Part shown: one piece after another, positions 11,012 to 26,000 of the stretch
How positions within the stretch are numbered: position 1 is the first letter of the stretch
Layout: every line of letters starts with the position of its first letter
DNA from: Trichoplax adhaerens
Taxonomy: Eukaryota; Animalia; Placozoa
Assembly: GCF_000150275.1 (NCBI RefSeq)
Contig: NW_002060950.1
Span: 2,096,106-2,160,105, forward strand
Length of the DNA: 64,000 nt
Direction: 5' to 3'
The notes under the pieces: generated by a model
Told to the model about the DNA's origin: nothing
The model's input: only the letters and a program-made list of their open reading frames with translations
The model's database searches: none
Made by a program: the position numbers and the translations under genes

Positions 11012-14000
11012 TTAGACAACAGTCTCGGACTTTGGCGTACTACTTTCATCTGATGAAACTGTTGGTGGCTTAAACTGAGGTAAACTATCGCGCCGTTTAT
11101 CCGAAACCGGGGTGGAACTTCGATTCGAATCGTCAAAAGAATCTTTACTAGCTTTCCTGTCAATCGTGTTATGGCGTCCCGGGACAGTTTTTATAGGTAG
11201 TGCAGGAGAGACATTTAAAGGTCCAGCGTGAGATGAATCTGTCAGTGATGATGATAAATAATTCTCACTCGATCCGTCTCGACTAGTCGATCTGTATCTA
11301 GGCGGTTTTGCAGGTATTGCACCAGGACTACTGTCAGAAATTTGCAGAGACGTATTTTTAGGCGGTAGTATGGGCATTTCATCTTTATCGACATCACTTG
11401 CGGATGAAGCTGACAATCTCAACTCTGTCGTCAATCGGTCAAAACCTGATAGTCCTTGATTAAAATCATCTGTAATTGTTATTCAATATTATGTACACAT
11501 TAGTGAGATATCACGCCAGATAAATGCTTTACTGGCAATAGGAATCGATAGTTTACCTTGCTTCGCTTTCAAAGAAGAATAATCTATGATATTTTTTAAC
11601 AGATCCTCATTGGTCAGTGATTGTCTTGGGCTAGACTTTCGGCTTCCAGGATTACTGCGGCTGTCAGCAATGGTATCACGACGATAGCCATACCAACTGC
11701 TGGAATCACTTAATTTATTAGAATCCTGGTGAAATACAAATAAATTTATGACTTTATTTATTGCGATTCGAAAGCTCTTGTATCTTGTAACAAGAAAGAT
11801 TGTTGTCTTCTTGTAACAAGAAAGATTAACACAATATCTTCAAATGAGTCTAGTAGAACTAGAATATCAAATTGACACGTTATTATTCTTACTGTAATAT
11901 TATACTTTTAAGCGAAACTAACGGCTTGCTAACGATATATTGCGAATACCCAACGAATATGACTATATTCTTGCAAATACTATAACCGGCCCATTAACTC
12001 ATAGCAATGAATGACATATCAGAAGAAAGTGTTAAGGCAAGAATTTTATCTATAACCTTTTTCAAATACTCACATACTGCAAATTTTATGCTTATGTGAA
12101 TATACTACGGTACCGGTGGTTAAAAACGGAATGGGTTAGCATATTGGTGAACTTATAATATGGAAACTGAATTAAAAGCACAACCCTTTTTGTAGTAAAA
12201 CGAAGTTAAACATATTTAGATGTATTCGCTATTTTTAATGAAAATTTTAATTCTAGGTGTAATAACGTATTGACTAGCTTTACCAGATCATTTCGTAGGT
12301 CATCAAAAAGTTGTCCAGCACTTTGAGATCTTTTGCTCTTTGTAAGTATATCATTGCCATCTCTGTTATAACAAGGCCATTGCCACATATTTGACATAAA
12401 AAAAGCGTCATAATTTGTCATAAAGGATATCTAAAATATCATTTCGTAATTGAGCATAGCAAATGTCAAGTATTTGTTTGTTTAATTAGTGGTAATGTTA
12501 TAGGCCGCATAATTTTTTCACGGGTTATGCAATGCGTAGTGCTTATAGCCCATTATTATGCTGAAGCATGATGTTATAGGACGTTAGACAGCGCTATCAG
12601 CATAAATTTAAAATTTACAATATCTCATAGTTACAATTAGTGCCAAATTAGTATTTAGACATTACGATACGGTTAGGCAATAAACAGCAGAATTAACGGT
12701 TAGGTTTTGTTAGGCTACCTTTTTAACTGCGATACCCTGGTTAACTTTCCAAGTCGCTTTCTAATATCCTAGCGTAGCGAAAATGCGAAAAGATATATAT
12801 AAATCAAAACATACCCAGGTGTTAAGGAAATTGGTTTTTTTTCCAGAACAATACTGGGACGGTGTGAGAGGTACTTGCTAGAAGCGATACGACGTGCTGT
12901 GCGAGACTCTTTTTTTCGTTTAATTACTGAATATAATGGCTATTTGCATTTAAAATAAAAATGCATCTACTAAATACTTATCAATACAGTAACTAATTTT
13001 AGGAGTTTCATGAGCAGGATTGGATAAGATTGATATATAAATGTAGTTATAATCCGATTTAAAGCTTACAATTATATACATGTATCAAAATTTGGCTTAG
13101 ATATGATTGGAAAATACAACGCATTATCGTGAATGCTGAATTTTGCAGTAAACCTTATGATATTCGTTGACTTTTCCCTGGAATTCTACAAGGTTACTAG
13201 TGATCTTATCATGTAATGGCTGCAAAGTTGGTGCTCCAGTCTTGACAAAATCTCCGTGAACTTCAACTCCTTCTTCAGCTACTCGGGTCTACAATTGGAG
13301 AGCCAAGTGAATCAATCGTGAGGCTAGCTTATAGCTTGTAGGTCAGTACTGTACAGTTTTCAATGAAATCTCACTAGATAAAGGATAAGCTCCTTTAAGT
13401 GATTGACGGAAGCTTCTCTTTCAGGGTAATCCGTTAGGTATTTCAATGTAAAGAAAACCTGTATAAGGACATAATAAATGTAGAAATTAAATTTAAATAA
13501 GATTTTGTATGTTTACAAGATGCAATTGCATACCTTCGCATATTGAGCAATTCCTCCATTTACTGCAGCATCAAGAATTCCATTTAACTGTAGCCCAAGG
13601 TTGTTGATATTACCTTTCGGGTTTTGTTTCGCTCTTTCAATGACATCTTTCAATTCCATCACCTTCATTTGCACACTTTCAATTGCATACTCTAAAGGAT
13701 CAATTTCAATCTAGCATACAATAGCAACATCTTAAGACTGAAATGTGGCCATTTATATTTTCAAACTACAGTAAATCAGCGAGTTTGTTACGACACGTAC
13801 AAAGTAACAGATAAAATGAAATTGTGTAAACACTCACAATTTCCGGACTCGCAGTCTCAAACCATTGCAAGATGCCGGGTAGTACATATTTTGTCCTGAG
13901 AATTGTTCTTTTGAGCCACAGTGTCTAAATTTACGTAGATTATCAGATATAAGGAAGTAACTAAAATGCAATAGCACAATTATATTCGCATGGTGATACA

Positions 14001-17000
14001 TTTACGATATTCAGTATTGTCCCTTACAGCGAACTCATTTTCTGTTTCTTTTTTCCCTTTATGGAATGGTCTTGAAAATTGAAAGACTTGAAGGTGATTT
14101 GTTTTATAGTATCTTTTATCGTATGAACATGTAGTGTATAAATATTAGTGTCCTTTACTAGTCACGTGGAGTAGGTACTAAAATTCACATAAACTCTAAT
14201 GTGTAAGAATTAGTTATAGAACCTTTTTATACGTTCACTGGCTTGCGTATCAGCAAATCGATCCATATCACAAACCGGATCAGCTTTACAGATTTGAAGA
14301 TCTACTCAAATTCAAATTATTAAAGGTAAATAATATTAAAATTATTGATCAAGGGTATTTGATGATTGGGGTGTAAGAGTGTTTCTCACATTGCTTATCG
14401 GAATCCATCTTAGATTTTTCTGGAAGATCCAAGGTGCTTAAAACCTAATACGATACGTAGCAATTATATCACTAATGTTACTAACATTAAAGCATTACAG
14501 TATGCCAGAATTTGGTTACACTTACAAATATTACATATCACCTACAATATATGTTAATAAAAATCTTATGTATATAAATCATATACATAGAAAGGTACAT
14601 TACTGTAGACTAATCGGATAAATAACCTACAATCAGCGTTACTAGCATAGACTCATGTATCGTTAGCCTACACTTTAGTGATGCATGCTTAATTGTGATC
14701 TATAACTCGTACTCAGATTCGATTGATTGCTAGCTACAAGTACAACTGATTTATTTTTCTGATCTCAGTTACAGTTGTTAGTGCTATGGATGTTACCCAA
14801 TTCTACTTCCACAACAGCTTATACGCTGATCTGCATTAAGTATCTTCTATCTTCCTCAAATTACAGTATGTAATATAGAAACTACATGTATTTTCCTGCT
14901 AACATATTACGTTTTATATCAATAATAGCTTCTTTATCTACTCCTATAAATTTATCGAACCCTTTATAGCAAGTATATAATCGATGATATATAAGCCTCA
15001 ACAAAATGATGAATGAGGAATTGTATTCTATATTTGAAGTTATACAGACGCCTTGTGACTTCGTGAAATTATATCAACTAGGCTCAATACATAATGCAGT
15101 AGTAACATGTTACCTTAGCAGCATATTTCCGATACTCTATTACAGTAAATAATAAATTTAAGCAGATAATTCACCTGTGCATCAGGAAAAATACGTTGCA
15201 TCCTATGCTGAAAGTCAATTATTTGCTCTAACGGTCTACCGCGATAAATAAATGTTTTGTTCTGAAATGAACAGAAAATCAGCAGAGTAACGATGAATAT
15301 TTACATTTCAATAGAAAATCCACAAAATAAGCAATATTTATTATAAGAGACCAACACTTAAAAACGAAGGGAATCCTTTCCCATAACAACCAACGTAATA
15401 GTAAACAGAGGCTGGTCTTATTGGCTCATTTACAATTTTGTTATAAAGCTCAGCCAATCTTTTCTGCAAGATATAAATCAGAAGTATTTATTACAATTGA
15501 TTCATTGTAGTTATCAATAGTTCATTCATTATATTGATAGTCCCTACCAGTATCGCGCTTAATTTTTCGTAGTCGAACTCTTCGGTTTCATAACGGACGA
15601 CCAGGCGTTTGCAAATACCAATGGCATCCTCCCAATTCTAAGTTAGATTAATATTAATAGAGATATAGCTTACACTTTGCGAACAGTACAATAGTACAAT
15701 GGCTACGGATGACTAAAAGTGCCAAGCTCTTCCTACTAATATACTTCCATGCGTAGTAACATCACTAAGATACGATAAATCCAAAGGCTAAGCTGACCTG
15801 ACCAAGATCGAAGTAATCAATAATTTCGTGATATAGCTTTTCCTTGAGTTTGCATTCTAAACCAATAGAGTCATATCCGTGTACTTTATGCAATCGTATC
15901 TTACTATCGATCCACTAACATGATCGGTAAAACATGAAATAAATATAAATGGCAAGTTCGAATAATAATTATAAATAATTTCTAAAATTTTATTATTTAA
16001 GAATGGTTTCGTTCGGATTACTTTGAGAAGTTCAGCGTGCAGCAGGAGAGTATAGCCAGCTTCAATATAACTTTTTGCCTCAAGATGTAAATCTCTTAGC
16101 TTATAAACGTAGCGCACGTACATTTCATCTTTCTGAATATCTTTATAGAAATTCTGTACATTGGTTTCATAAAAATTAAGCAGAATTAAGTTCCTATTAT
16201 TTACTAATGATGTCGTATATTCAATAAATCGATATATAGATATTTACACTTACCAAAAGGTTAACGGTACAATGTAGACGACTATGCAAACTTTCGTACG
16301 TATTGTGAACAGTATGATAATCCAATAGTTTCTCAATTAGCAACGTGATTGTCTGAACAAAAGGAAAGCTCAAAGCTGGACTAATAGTCATATTGTTATT
16401 GCAAAGGCGCGTCATTCTGAAACATTGAAAAGCTGTTACTAAGGAGAAAAAGTTCCTTAGTTAGGATATACTGAATTTTCTTATATCAATTATTCGATTA
16501 TCGAAATACATTTCGCGAAACATTTCTTGATACTGTTTATCGCCTTGACCACTTTCAATTAATATATCTAACTTCTGAATCATTTCCAATTCAACCTAAA
16601 TTGGCATAAAATGATATATCGCTATACTAACAAATTTTTTGGAAGAAAATCAAAGTGAGGACGAGAATCTTGTTTGATACTCATTCATTTTACATTATTG
16701 AAATTTTCATCACTGTGTGTGTATTCACAACACATCATATCAAAGAAAATTGGAATAATAGCCCCACGAAGATCTTCCAGGATATTTATTGAGTTTTAAT
16801 TTGGAAAATACAAAGAATTATTACGATGACAAAAATTACGGAGCTACGTAATCATCGAGCTAGCAACACCCAAAAATTTCTAGGATGCTAACCTTGATTG
16901 GGTAGTAGTGCAACTTCTAAGAGCGGGCCAACAATTCCAGGAATGAAATTAATTTTAAATTTGCCTAGCATATCCATTAACATGAAGCAAATCAATGATA

Positions 17001-20000
17001 CGAGAAAGCTAAATACAGTAAGATGGTGCAATTTTACACTAACCCAACTTTTTCCAAGCACTTGCGATTTGGAGTCCTAGGATGAGCCGCATATCTTGAT
17101 ATCTACAGTAATTCATAACTTAAATGGTAACTCTGAAGCTGTAAATATTTTTGCCGAACATTTATGAATAACAATTTACAATTCTACCTTCTTAAGATCT
17201 TTCTATATTTTGCAAATGGATACTTTTCTAGGTGAAGTACGTCCTGTGTAACGAATGCAACTGATAATTGTAGGTAGTTGTTCCATAACTGTAGCATGAA
17301 TATATTACAAAAATAAATACAGAGTCATTAATTTCTTCATTACATCAGGTGACGGCATCGCGAGCTTTATTTATGTGATATAATAGAGACGTAACAAATA
17401 ATAGAGAAAAGAACTAAGATATGGTCCAATAGATAAGATAAAACTATTTTGCGAGATAGACCTGAAATTACTGATACCTTTATGCATGGAAATTACCTGG
17501 TAATTGAAGCGTCTTCCTTCATTGTCGTGTAAATAGTAGTTTGTTAAAGCAGTAAAACATTGACGAATTACATTTAACATTATCCTATAAGACACATTGC
17601 GGTTCAGATAATTTAATTTTAATCGTAAAAGGCAAGGTAAATTTGATGATCGTTATATCTACAAAGTTTATTCTATGAAGCTTCATACGCATTTTGAGTC
17701 ATCAGCATAATGTGCCAATCAGATTTATAAATCGGTTTTCGAATTAGATCCAGAAAAGTTGTATAAATCTCGTTTAATAGGTCCTACGATTAATATTTGG
17801 AAAGAATGTATGGGAGATGTTAATATGACAAGAAATTAAAGTAAAAGAGATTTTTAATAGCCGTATTTCTTAAAAAAGTATTATATATACACAGATATCT
17901 TAACTTACAATGAGATCTTCATCATCATGGAAAGATGCGAAATAAGTGCTAAAGTGATCTTTTTCCATCAATGAAAATAGTGCAATCATTAGAGTAGCGT
18001 AATTCAGCTAGACAATGTAAAGGAAAATATTAGTAATTATTCTGACGAAAAACAAAAGCATATAGGAGGTAATTATATGTATTTTACATGAACACTTGAA
18101 AATGGATCGGCTTTGCTGACTACAGACATTATGGGTCTTAATACCAACTCCACCAAGTTGTATACATGATTTAGGATAGGCCCCTAAATTTAAAAATATA
18201 TAACAAAAATATACTTTAAAGCGTTACAAAGCATTATTATCACTGTCAAATAACTGACTACTAAGTGGAAACAAAGCTCAAAAATAAGGCAATAGTAAAT
18301 AACCAATTTTTCCTTCTCGGTTACGTTCCTGGATTGTAGTTTATTGAAAAGCGTCTTTAGCAATGAATAACAAGGTCCCAGCTCTTTCATGTTGAACAAC
18401 AAGAGTCGTACACACCGACAAATATCTGCCATAATCTTATTACGGCCATCTTTTGCAACATAAGCGAAAATACGATGTTAAAGAAAGAGTTAGCTTAATA
18501 ATATAATGAAATAGTAGTGTATACCATGCAGTTATGTGTGTAAAAATCAACTTTCGCCTACCGACATCTAAAAATAAAGGACTTTCTACAATATTACGCA
18601 AACAAATTAGCTTAGGTTCAATCAATCGATCCGGCGGGATATTTTGTAAGAATTCGTGAACATAATCGCTATATTCAGGAGCAAGAAAAAAAGATAATCA
18701 TAATTACTACGAAACATACAAGACTTAACTAAGGAGAATAATATTGAATACTATTGCAGTGACTGAACACATACGAAATACCATAAAATAAACTGATACC
18801 TACCTAAGTTTATGTGGATTTAGAACGTTCAGTATTTCTTTGCAATATATTGCATACGATGACAAAATTTGCATCTGTTTGCAAATAAAGTTGTTACAAG
18901 AAATAAAGAGATAAAAAGTTATATACCCCTATCAATATATAAATACTATCTTAACTTCAAAGAATAATTTTGCGCATCTTTACTGTTGCCAAGTATTAAG
19001 TAAAGTTTATTGTGTTTAATTAAAGGGCATATTTCTCAAAACTACTAGTACCTGCGATGACAATAGGAATTCAGACTTGATTGGCATCAAATTATTGATT
19101 GCCGAAAGCACATCAATCAATTTCGTTATGAACCGTTGCCTGATACCGTCGGAATCTTTCTGAGTTCTATAGAAATTTTTCAAAGCTTTAATTTATAGTA
19201 TTAAGCAAATATTGCAGTATAAGAAGACATGTGCACTCTTGCATAAAAGAGATAAAGTGAAAAATAAATGCTGGTCGAAAGCAGTCGTTCTAGAAATGTT
19301 TGTACTAAAATTATGTTTTTAGATGAAGAACAGTTCATAAAATGAAAAACGTCACTAGTAGGCGTCTATGATAAATATTGAATTTATTATAATTCGTATC
19401 CCTTGAAATAGATGAAATTATCATACGTGAAATTGAAGATAGGAAGAAAATAAACTCGTTATAATTTATTATTAGCTATCACTTGAACTATAAGTGTGCA
19501 AATATTCATATGGCATAGCTGCAAACGAAAGAATTCACATTCTAGATACAGCATTGTCCTGAAAGCCTGATCAAATAAAGCAGCGGTACTTGTGCGCAGG
19601 AATATTAAAACTTCGCCTTGTAGATACACAAGTGCACTTTCGATTTCATATAACCACAATACATATATTGTGTCATGACTGCTTTAAAAAATTTCAGATC
19701 ATATAATACAGAACTTCTCTTCTCACTGACCTTTCATGCAATTTTTCCGATTTGATAGCGAGGCGAAGTAATTGTTGCAAAACCTTTACATAAAGGCAAA
19801 TGCAAAATTTTTGTGAAATAAAGTTAGTAAATGTTCTCCATCTTTATAGCAAAAATTTTTGGGTCTAACACAAATGTGGTTGTTGTTGCATAAAGCACAT
19901 AAGCTCAATGCAACTCATACTACAACATTCACATGTAGCGATTGTAGGGTGTACTTGTCCTAAAACTATCGTGAAATAGTTGTTCTACAAATTTTATTTA

Positions 20001-23000
20001 ATTTGGTTTGAGCTGTATTGATTATAAACTCAATAGTGTCGTGCAGTTATTAATGACGTTATTTTTCAATTAATTTTTGGGTTAAACTTACGTTGACCGT
20101 ATCTGGAACTCCCTGTTCTCCGCTAGTTAAAACTTTCTTAATGTCAATTAGCAGCTTTCTAATAACATAACCATAGCAACAACCAAAAATTTTATTTAGT
20201 CGTGATTATAGGATATCTCTGAATTTCGTAATTAGTAAAAACTAACAAATGCACGGATGTCTCCTTAAAATGATTTTCGATAAATGAATCAAACACTTTC
20301 TTGAATCCTCTGAATTTTTCAGCTTCAATAGTACATAGAACAAAAACCTATTTCGTATATAAAGAAAATGTATCTATTACATACATAATATTAGTGTTCT
20401 GATTATTTATTATCTGGCTAGGTACAGCTATTGCAGTATTACACAAATTTGATTTGCTATCGATAATAACGCTATAAGGATACAAAAAAATAATAATCTT
20501 ACCAGGGCTTTATAAGGCAATGTCCCAGACTGATCCGATTTAGACAAGATCTTGAATATTACATCAAGTATAGCCACTAAAAACTACGTTCAAGATCGCA
20601 AAATAAATAATTAGCTATAATTTAGGTATTAGGCATATAGATATAATTCATTATTAATTTGAATGACTAACCTTAACTACTTCAGGTTTTTCAGCATCCA
20701 TAAAGTTCTCCAGAATTTTTGTTGTACTCTTCAGCGTACTTGTTGACGCATTCCATTTCAGTAATCCTAAGACTTTTGCTGTTAGAGTAATAAAATAAAT
20801 ACGTAGTAAATCAATCTGAAAGAGATTTTTAATTGCTGCAACTTTAATAATCACTTAAAATGGTATTATTTACGATCAGTTAATATGCTGCGACATAAAG
20901 ACACGTAGTTATACCAAATTTATTTACAAAAGCAAAATCTTAGCTCCATAAATACTACTGCTGTAGACAATTAATTTCGAAAATTTTAACTTTCGTTATC
21001 TTCAACTAGAGTTAATATCTTGTTAGTTAAGCTATCGTTTTAGAACTTTAAATATAACTTATGAATCATTTCTACCGCTTTGTGTAAGTTTCGTAGAGCA
21101 GACGCGAATATGAATTGACAAAAAGTCTTTCGTGGTAAATTGAACATCATTATTTGGAAAATGGACATCTTTTCCATTTATAATTTCAACTAAAGTAGAT
21201 GGGTTTCTCAAATACACATCTGAAGTCAATTTCATAGGCTTATCTGTCTAAAAGTAAAAAGTTTCAATTTGATTTCTGTATGAAAAACACATTTTCAGTA
21301 AGAGACCATGATAGTCAGATAAGGTAAACCATCAATTTACTTTGTAAATGACCAAATCATATCTCCCATCTGCAATAACAGTTGAATCAGGGTTGGATAA
21401 TTTTAAGTAAGAGAATGCAAATATTCTTGAATCCTTGTCTTTTACTGAACCGAGTTTGGGTAAGAAGATATTTTAGATAGAACGAAAAGCAGTTTATAAT
21501 TGAAGTTAGTGTAATACATCTAAGGATAATAATGATGATGTGGCATAGTTGCTCTTACTGACCTTCTCCAGTATGCCGATTTCTAAAGCGAAATATGATA
21601 TGAAGGTTCTTAAAATTTTCTGGAGTTACGCCAAGCTGCGTATTTGAATATAATATAATCGAATAAGGATCGATAAATTGTTAATTGAGATTAATGCGAC
21701 ATTCCACTCATATTAATAAATTTGTATAAAGTATCATGCTTGTACCTTAAATGTTTCCATCCAGACTGGACAATTCTCTTGGTGGTAAACAACAGAAGAA
21801 TATGTGGCAACATGCTCATTTTTTCCCATGTTAATGCCATTCTAAGTAGGACATTGTAGTAAAGATAGAAGCAATTACTGCAATATAAGAAATTCCAAGT
21901 AAAGTCTTGCATGAAATTTTAAAGTGTATTATGCATGAGGTACCAATTCACATACCGAAACATCATTTCCTTTAGCGCCAACGACAGTCGCTAATAACTG
22001 TAAGCTTTTCTGTTTTCCTTTCTTGGCTAGTGAATGCAAAGGTTTAAGTAAAATTCTAGGGTATCAGGTGATGATTCGTGTGAAATTGCATAAATGCGAG
22101 TTAGTTAAAGATGAAATTTAATTTACTTTTATCTAATTCCGCCGATGCTATACTAATAAACATGTCGTTACGATCATCACCTAAGAATAAATAAGTAAAT
22201 TTATAGATCGTTACCGTGATTTAATACTATCTTGAAAGAAGTTTAATCAAATTTTATGTATTGAAATTGCAAGATTTTACTAACCAGGAACAATTACTTC
22301 AGGAAAGCCAAATTTGCCTACTATTTTGGTACTTTGTTTAATCATTAGTGGATGAGTTCTACGCAACTAAATAGAAGTTGTACGAATGAATTTTTTTGGG
22401 GAAAATTTGCATTATCATAGCAATCATTATATCAAAATACATACGTCTTTATGATAGCCTCTCAGTAATTTCAATGATACCCATACGCCTGATGAAGATA
22501 ACATTAAGTTATAATTAGTACAATGATAATTAATTCCCAATTTCAAATTTAGAAAGCTTACTCTCTGATGCTCCTTTTTTCTCAGCCGATTGTTTAATAG
22601 CTTTCTTGATAGTACTATATAGTGATTCGTTATCATAACAGACGACATGCATCGGTACATCGTTGTTGTCAATTTTTTCGGTTAATGTATTCTTTAAGTC
22701 GTATACTATTAATGAAGTATATAATTACAGATTAGATACTGTCAGATAAAGCAGAGAACGGTATTGATCAGAAATCGTAAATATGAATTGTACATAGAGA
22801 TATAGGGCAAAGTAAATGGCAACTTAAAGCAAGTTAGCTCACCGGCTACACCATAAGGTCGGCGCAAGCCAAAAGTTTTGGGATCTTTATGCCGACTTAA
22901 GACAGACTTTAGATCATTTTGATCTCTAACTCTGATGCTTTTAGGGTGCATAGCTCCTGAAGATCGTTTAAAAGATTACATTTATCGTTCAAAAATCTAG

Positions 23001-26000
23001 CTGATAAAACCTTGATTATTTGTACATGCATGAATTTGGCAATCCGTTTACAATCTATCTTTTTTCTTACCAATTCGTACTAGTTGACATACCAAAAACA
23101 GTTTTGAATTCATATCTTTATCGTCAAGGTCCTATTAATACAAAAAAAAGAGGATCATTAATGTATTATACAGTACAATAAATCAGATATATCATAATTA
23201 TTACGCAGTCGAAAAAAGTTTAAGATTTTCACTATTTGCATTATTTAGGAATAATATTCTATTCTGTTCGAATAACAGATTAAAATCTTTGCAGTATCAT
23301 TGCATCCAAAGATAATTTAAGTTACCGTAAAGAATGCATCGTATTCAACATCTTTCGCCAGATCTACCGGCATTCCTTTTTCATTTAAGCTAATCTGCAT
23401 GCTTTCACTGTAGGAAAGAATTGATTAATTACATCGACGTAATGACTTTAAAAATAATGTTTTTATCACTTACACGTCTTCACTATAAGATTATCGTAAT
23501 TGTTACTGTAACTTTTACCTAATAAAATTATCTGTTGTTGCATCATATAGTGATAAAATAGCATCACACTGATCAAATACTTCAAGAACACCATGTTTAA
23601 AATTGACAAAAAGATTATAAATGTCGGAATAATTCTGTGAGTTCTCATTCCTAAATCCCTGCGGAAGATTGGTATAGTATATCAATATTAATAAGCCGAA
23701 TTCTGTGTGCATATGTTTAATATGCAAATTCTATGTGCTACCGCATATATTGTGAAGAGAGAATGAATGAATTCATTCGAAAAATTATTATATCATTGAT
23801 ATAAAGCATGTCCATCTATTTAAGGATCTAGGAGATACCGTCTCTGATTTGATTTCAGGTTTTGTACAGGAGTCCATATGCTATGTAAATTAAATTAGGT
23901 TAAATATGAGATGAGATGCATGTCATGATAACGATTTGAGCCATTAATAAATTGAGATACTGCATAAGCAAGTAAAGTTTATATGTAGCTGTGTAGAAAT
24001 GCTTATGTTCAATACTTTTTCGTAGATTTCCATCACGGTTAGTTCATCTTCTTCAATGCGATCACCACGCTCATTTCGTAAAGTCACGTCTAATTTTAAA
24101 ACTCTAGCAGATCATAGTGTTAATCAGAATTACTTTTTTACGAACAAATAACTAAATACATACCTATTCCAATAGGTTATTTGAGCAGTGATAGTATGAA
24201 TCAATTCCTACAATATTAAATATATTTATACGAGTTTAGAATTTTCTTATTACTATAAATATTCAACTCTAACTAGCAAAGAAAAAGTGTAGCATGTGCA
24301 ATGCTCATATATAATCATTTTCAGTAACTGCTTGAGCGATATGGCTATTATTCACAATCAATAACTTACAGGTGTAACATCATCATAAATAATCTTTTGA
24401 CGATATTCCATCAATTCGTACATAAATCCAACCAAATTTAAAAACTTTTGATCTCGATTCTATCAATTTTCCATGCATGAATTAGTAAATTTGTGTATAA
24501 CGGCAATGAAAGAAGTGAAGAATTCCAGTAGCATTCCGCAGAATTATATTTATTTTAACAACACACCAAGTAAAGCATTTTCAGAATGTCTCCGTATTCA
24601 CGTAATTTTTCGACAGTCTCTATAACTAATGGTTTTTCCTTGGGAATTATATTTTCCATAACCCTGCATGAATAAAGATAAATAATTTATTACGAATCAT
24701 GGCCATTCTATAAGATAGTAAATCAATCTGACGATTTCATGACAGGTATTTTACCCTTGCTTTTCCAAGACGTAATCCTTGAGGGTAATATAGTTGGCTG
24801 GAAATACTCCCTATTTTTAAGTATTATATCAGGTATTCAAATGGTTCATAAATTACTTTGGCATATTTTTATGTACTCACAAATTATTACCTTACATTCC
24901 AGTATTATCAATTTTAATCATTTAAAGGACATAAAATAATGAACTAAACATTAATTGGTCAACAAATAGCATATGTTTGTTAATTGCAAAGTTACCTTTC
25001 GACTTTCGTTATGTACCACATATCCCCAATACCAACCTAATGAAGCAAAACTAGCAATGATTAGCGTCTAGAGAGCCGACATTTGAGTAGAATTGCTATA
25101 CTGTAAGTATTATTTGAATGTACATTAATAATTTAGTTATTGCAGTATTTTAGATCGTTCGATCAATATCCGTAGTGACTAAAAGCATAGGCATTACTGT
25201 AGGTCAATATACCGCCTATCAAATCATTTTTATCATGGTACAGTATAAGTTAGATATAATCTTAAGGTTGTTTCTTACCCCCATTTTCTTCTAAGATATG
25301 GACAGCATCGCCAACTTGTAAGGGTAAATAGTGCTCTCCTTCCAGTGAGAAATTGTAAATGGCTAGAATAAGTAAAGATGGTAGAAAAAAAGTTGATGAA
25401 GTTAAGTATCGATCTAATTTTCTATCATAGTTACATTACATTAATAGAACAATAAAAGGTTAAATTTTTGATATACCGTATGTCTCTTAATGTAGCGTAA
25501 ATTACAAGAAAGGGTGAGAGCGAGTCTACAATACGAACGCGCTCATTCTACTGCAGCATTTACTTCTAGTACTAATATTTACAAGCTACAAGATTATGAT
25601 CGTTGCAGTGTAGCCATACTAACGCTATCGCGATATTTATAAGTGTAAATTATTAATAGGAATTAATCACACGCTATCATAAAATATAACGTATTAAGCA
25701 ATAGAAAAATGATCATGAAACTATTACGAATTCATTTAGTTAAAAGACTGGGTAGATATCCATCTATAAAATGTATAGACTATTTGCTAGGATAGAACTG
25801 TACAGTATACAGTATTACGGTCGATTAGATATTGTACACATTTTTTTGAAGGTCTATTATACCGTACATGTCCAATGGACATTGCAATCAATCTTTGAAC
25901 AAGTATCTTCCTAGAATTAAGTTGTCGTTGGATAATGTACTGTAGACTGATTGATTGATTATATTTTTTTCTCTATTATCTTTTATTGGCAAGGCAGAAG

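Noticed and set aside
12422-12430. ATATCCTTT on the minus strand as a U12-type (AT-AC) 5' splice site in DOCK
   Set aside because: It lies mid-intron. The flanking exons join in frame with ordinary GT-AG sites, and no DOCK donor I read had the GTATCCTT consensus.
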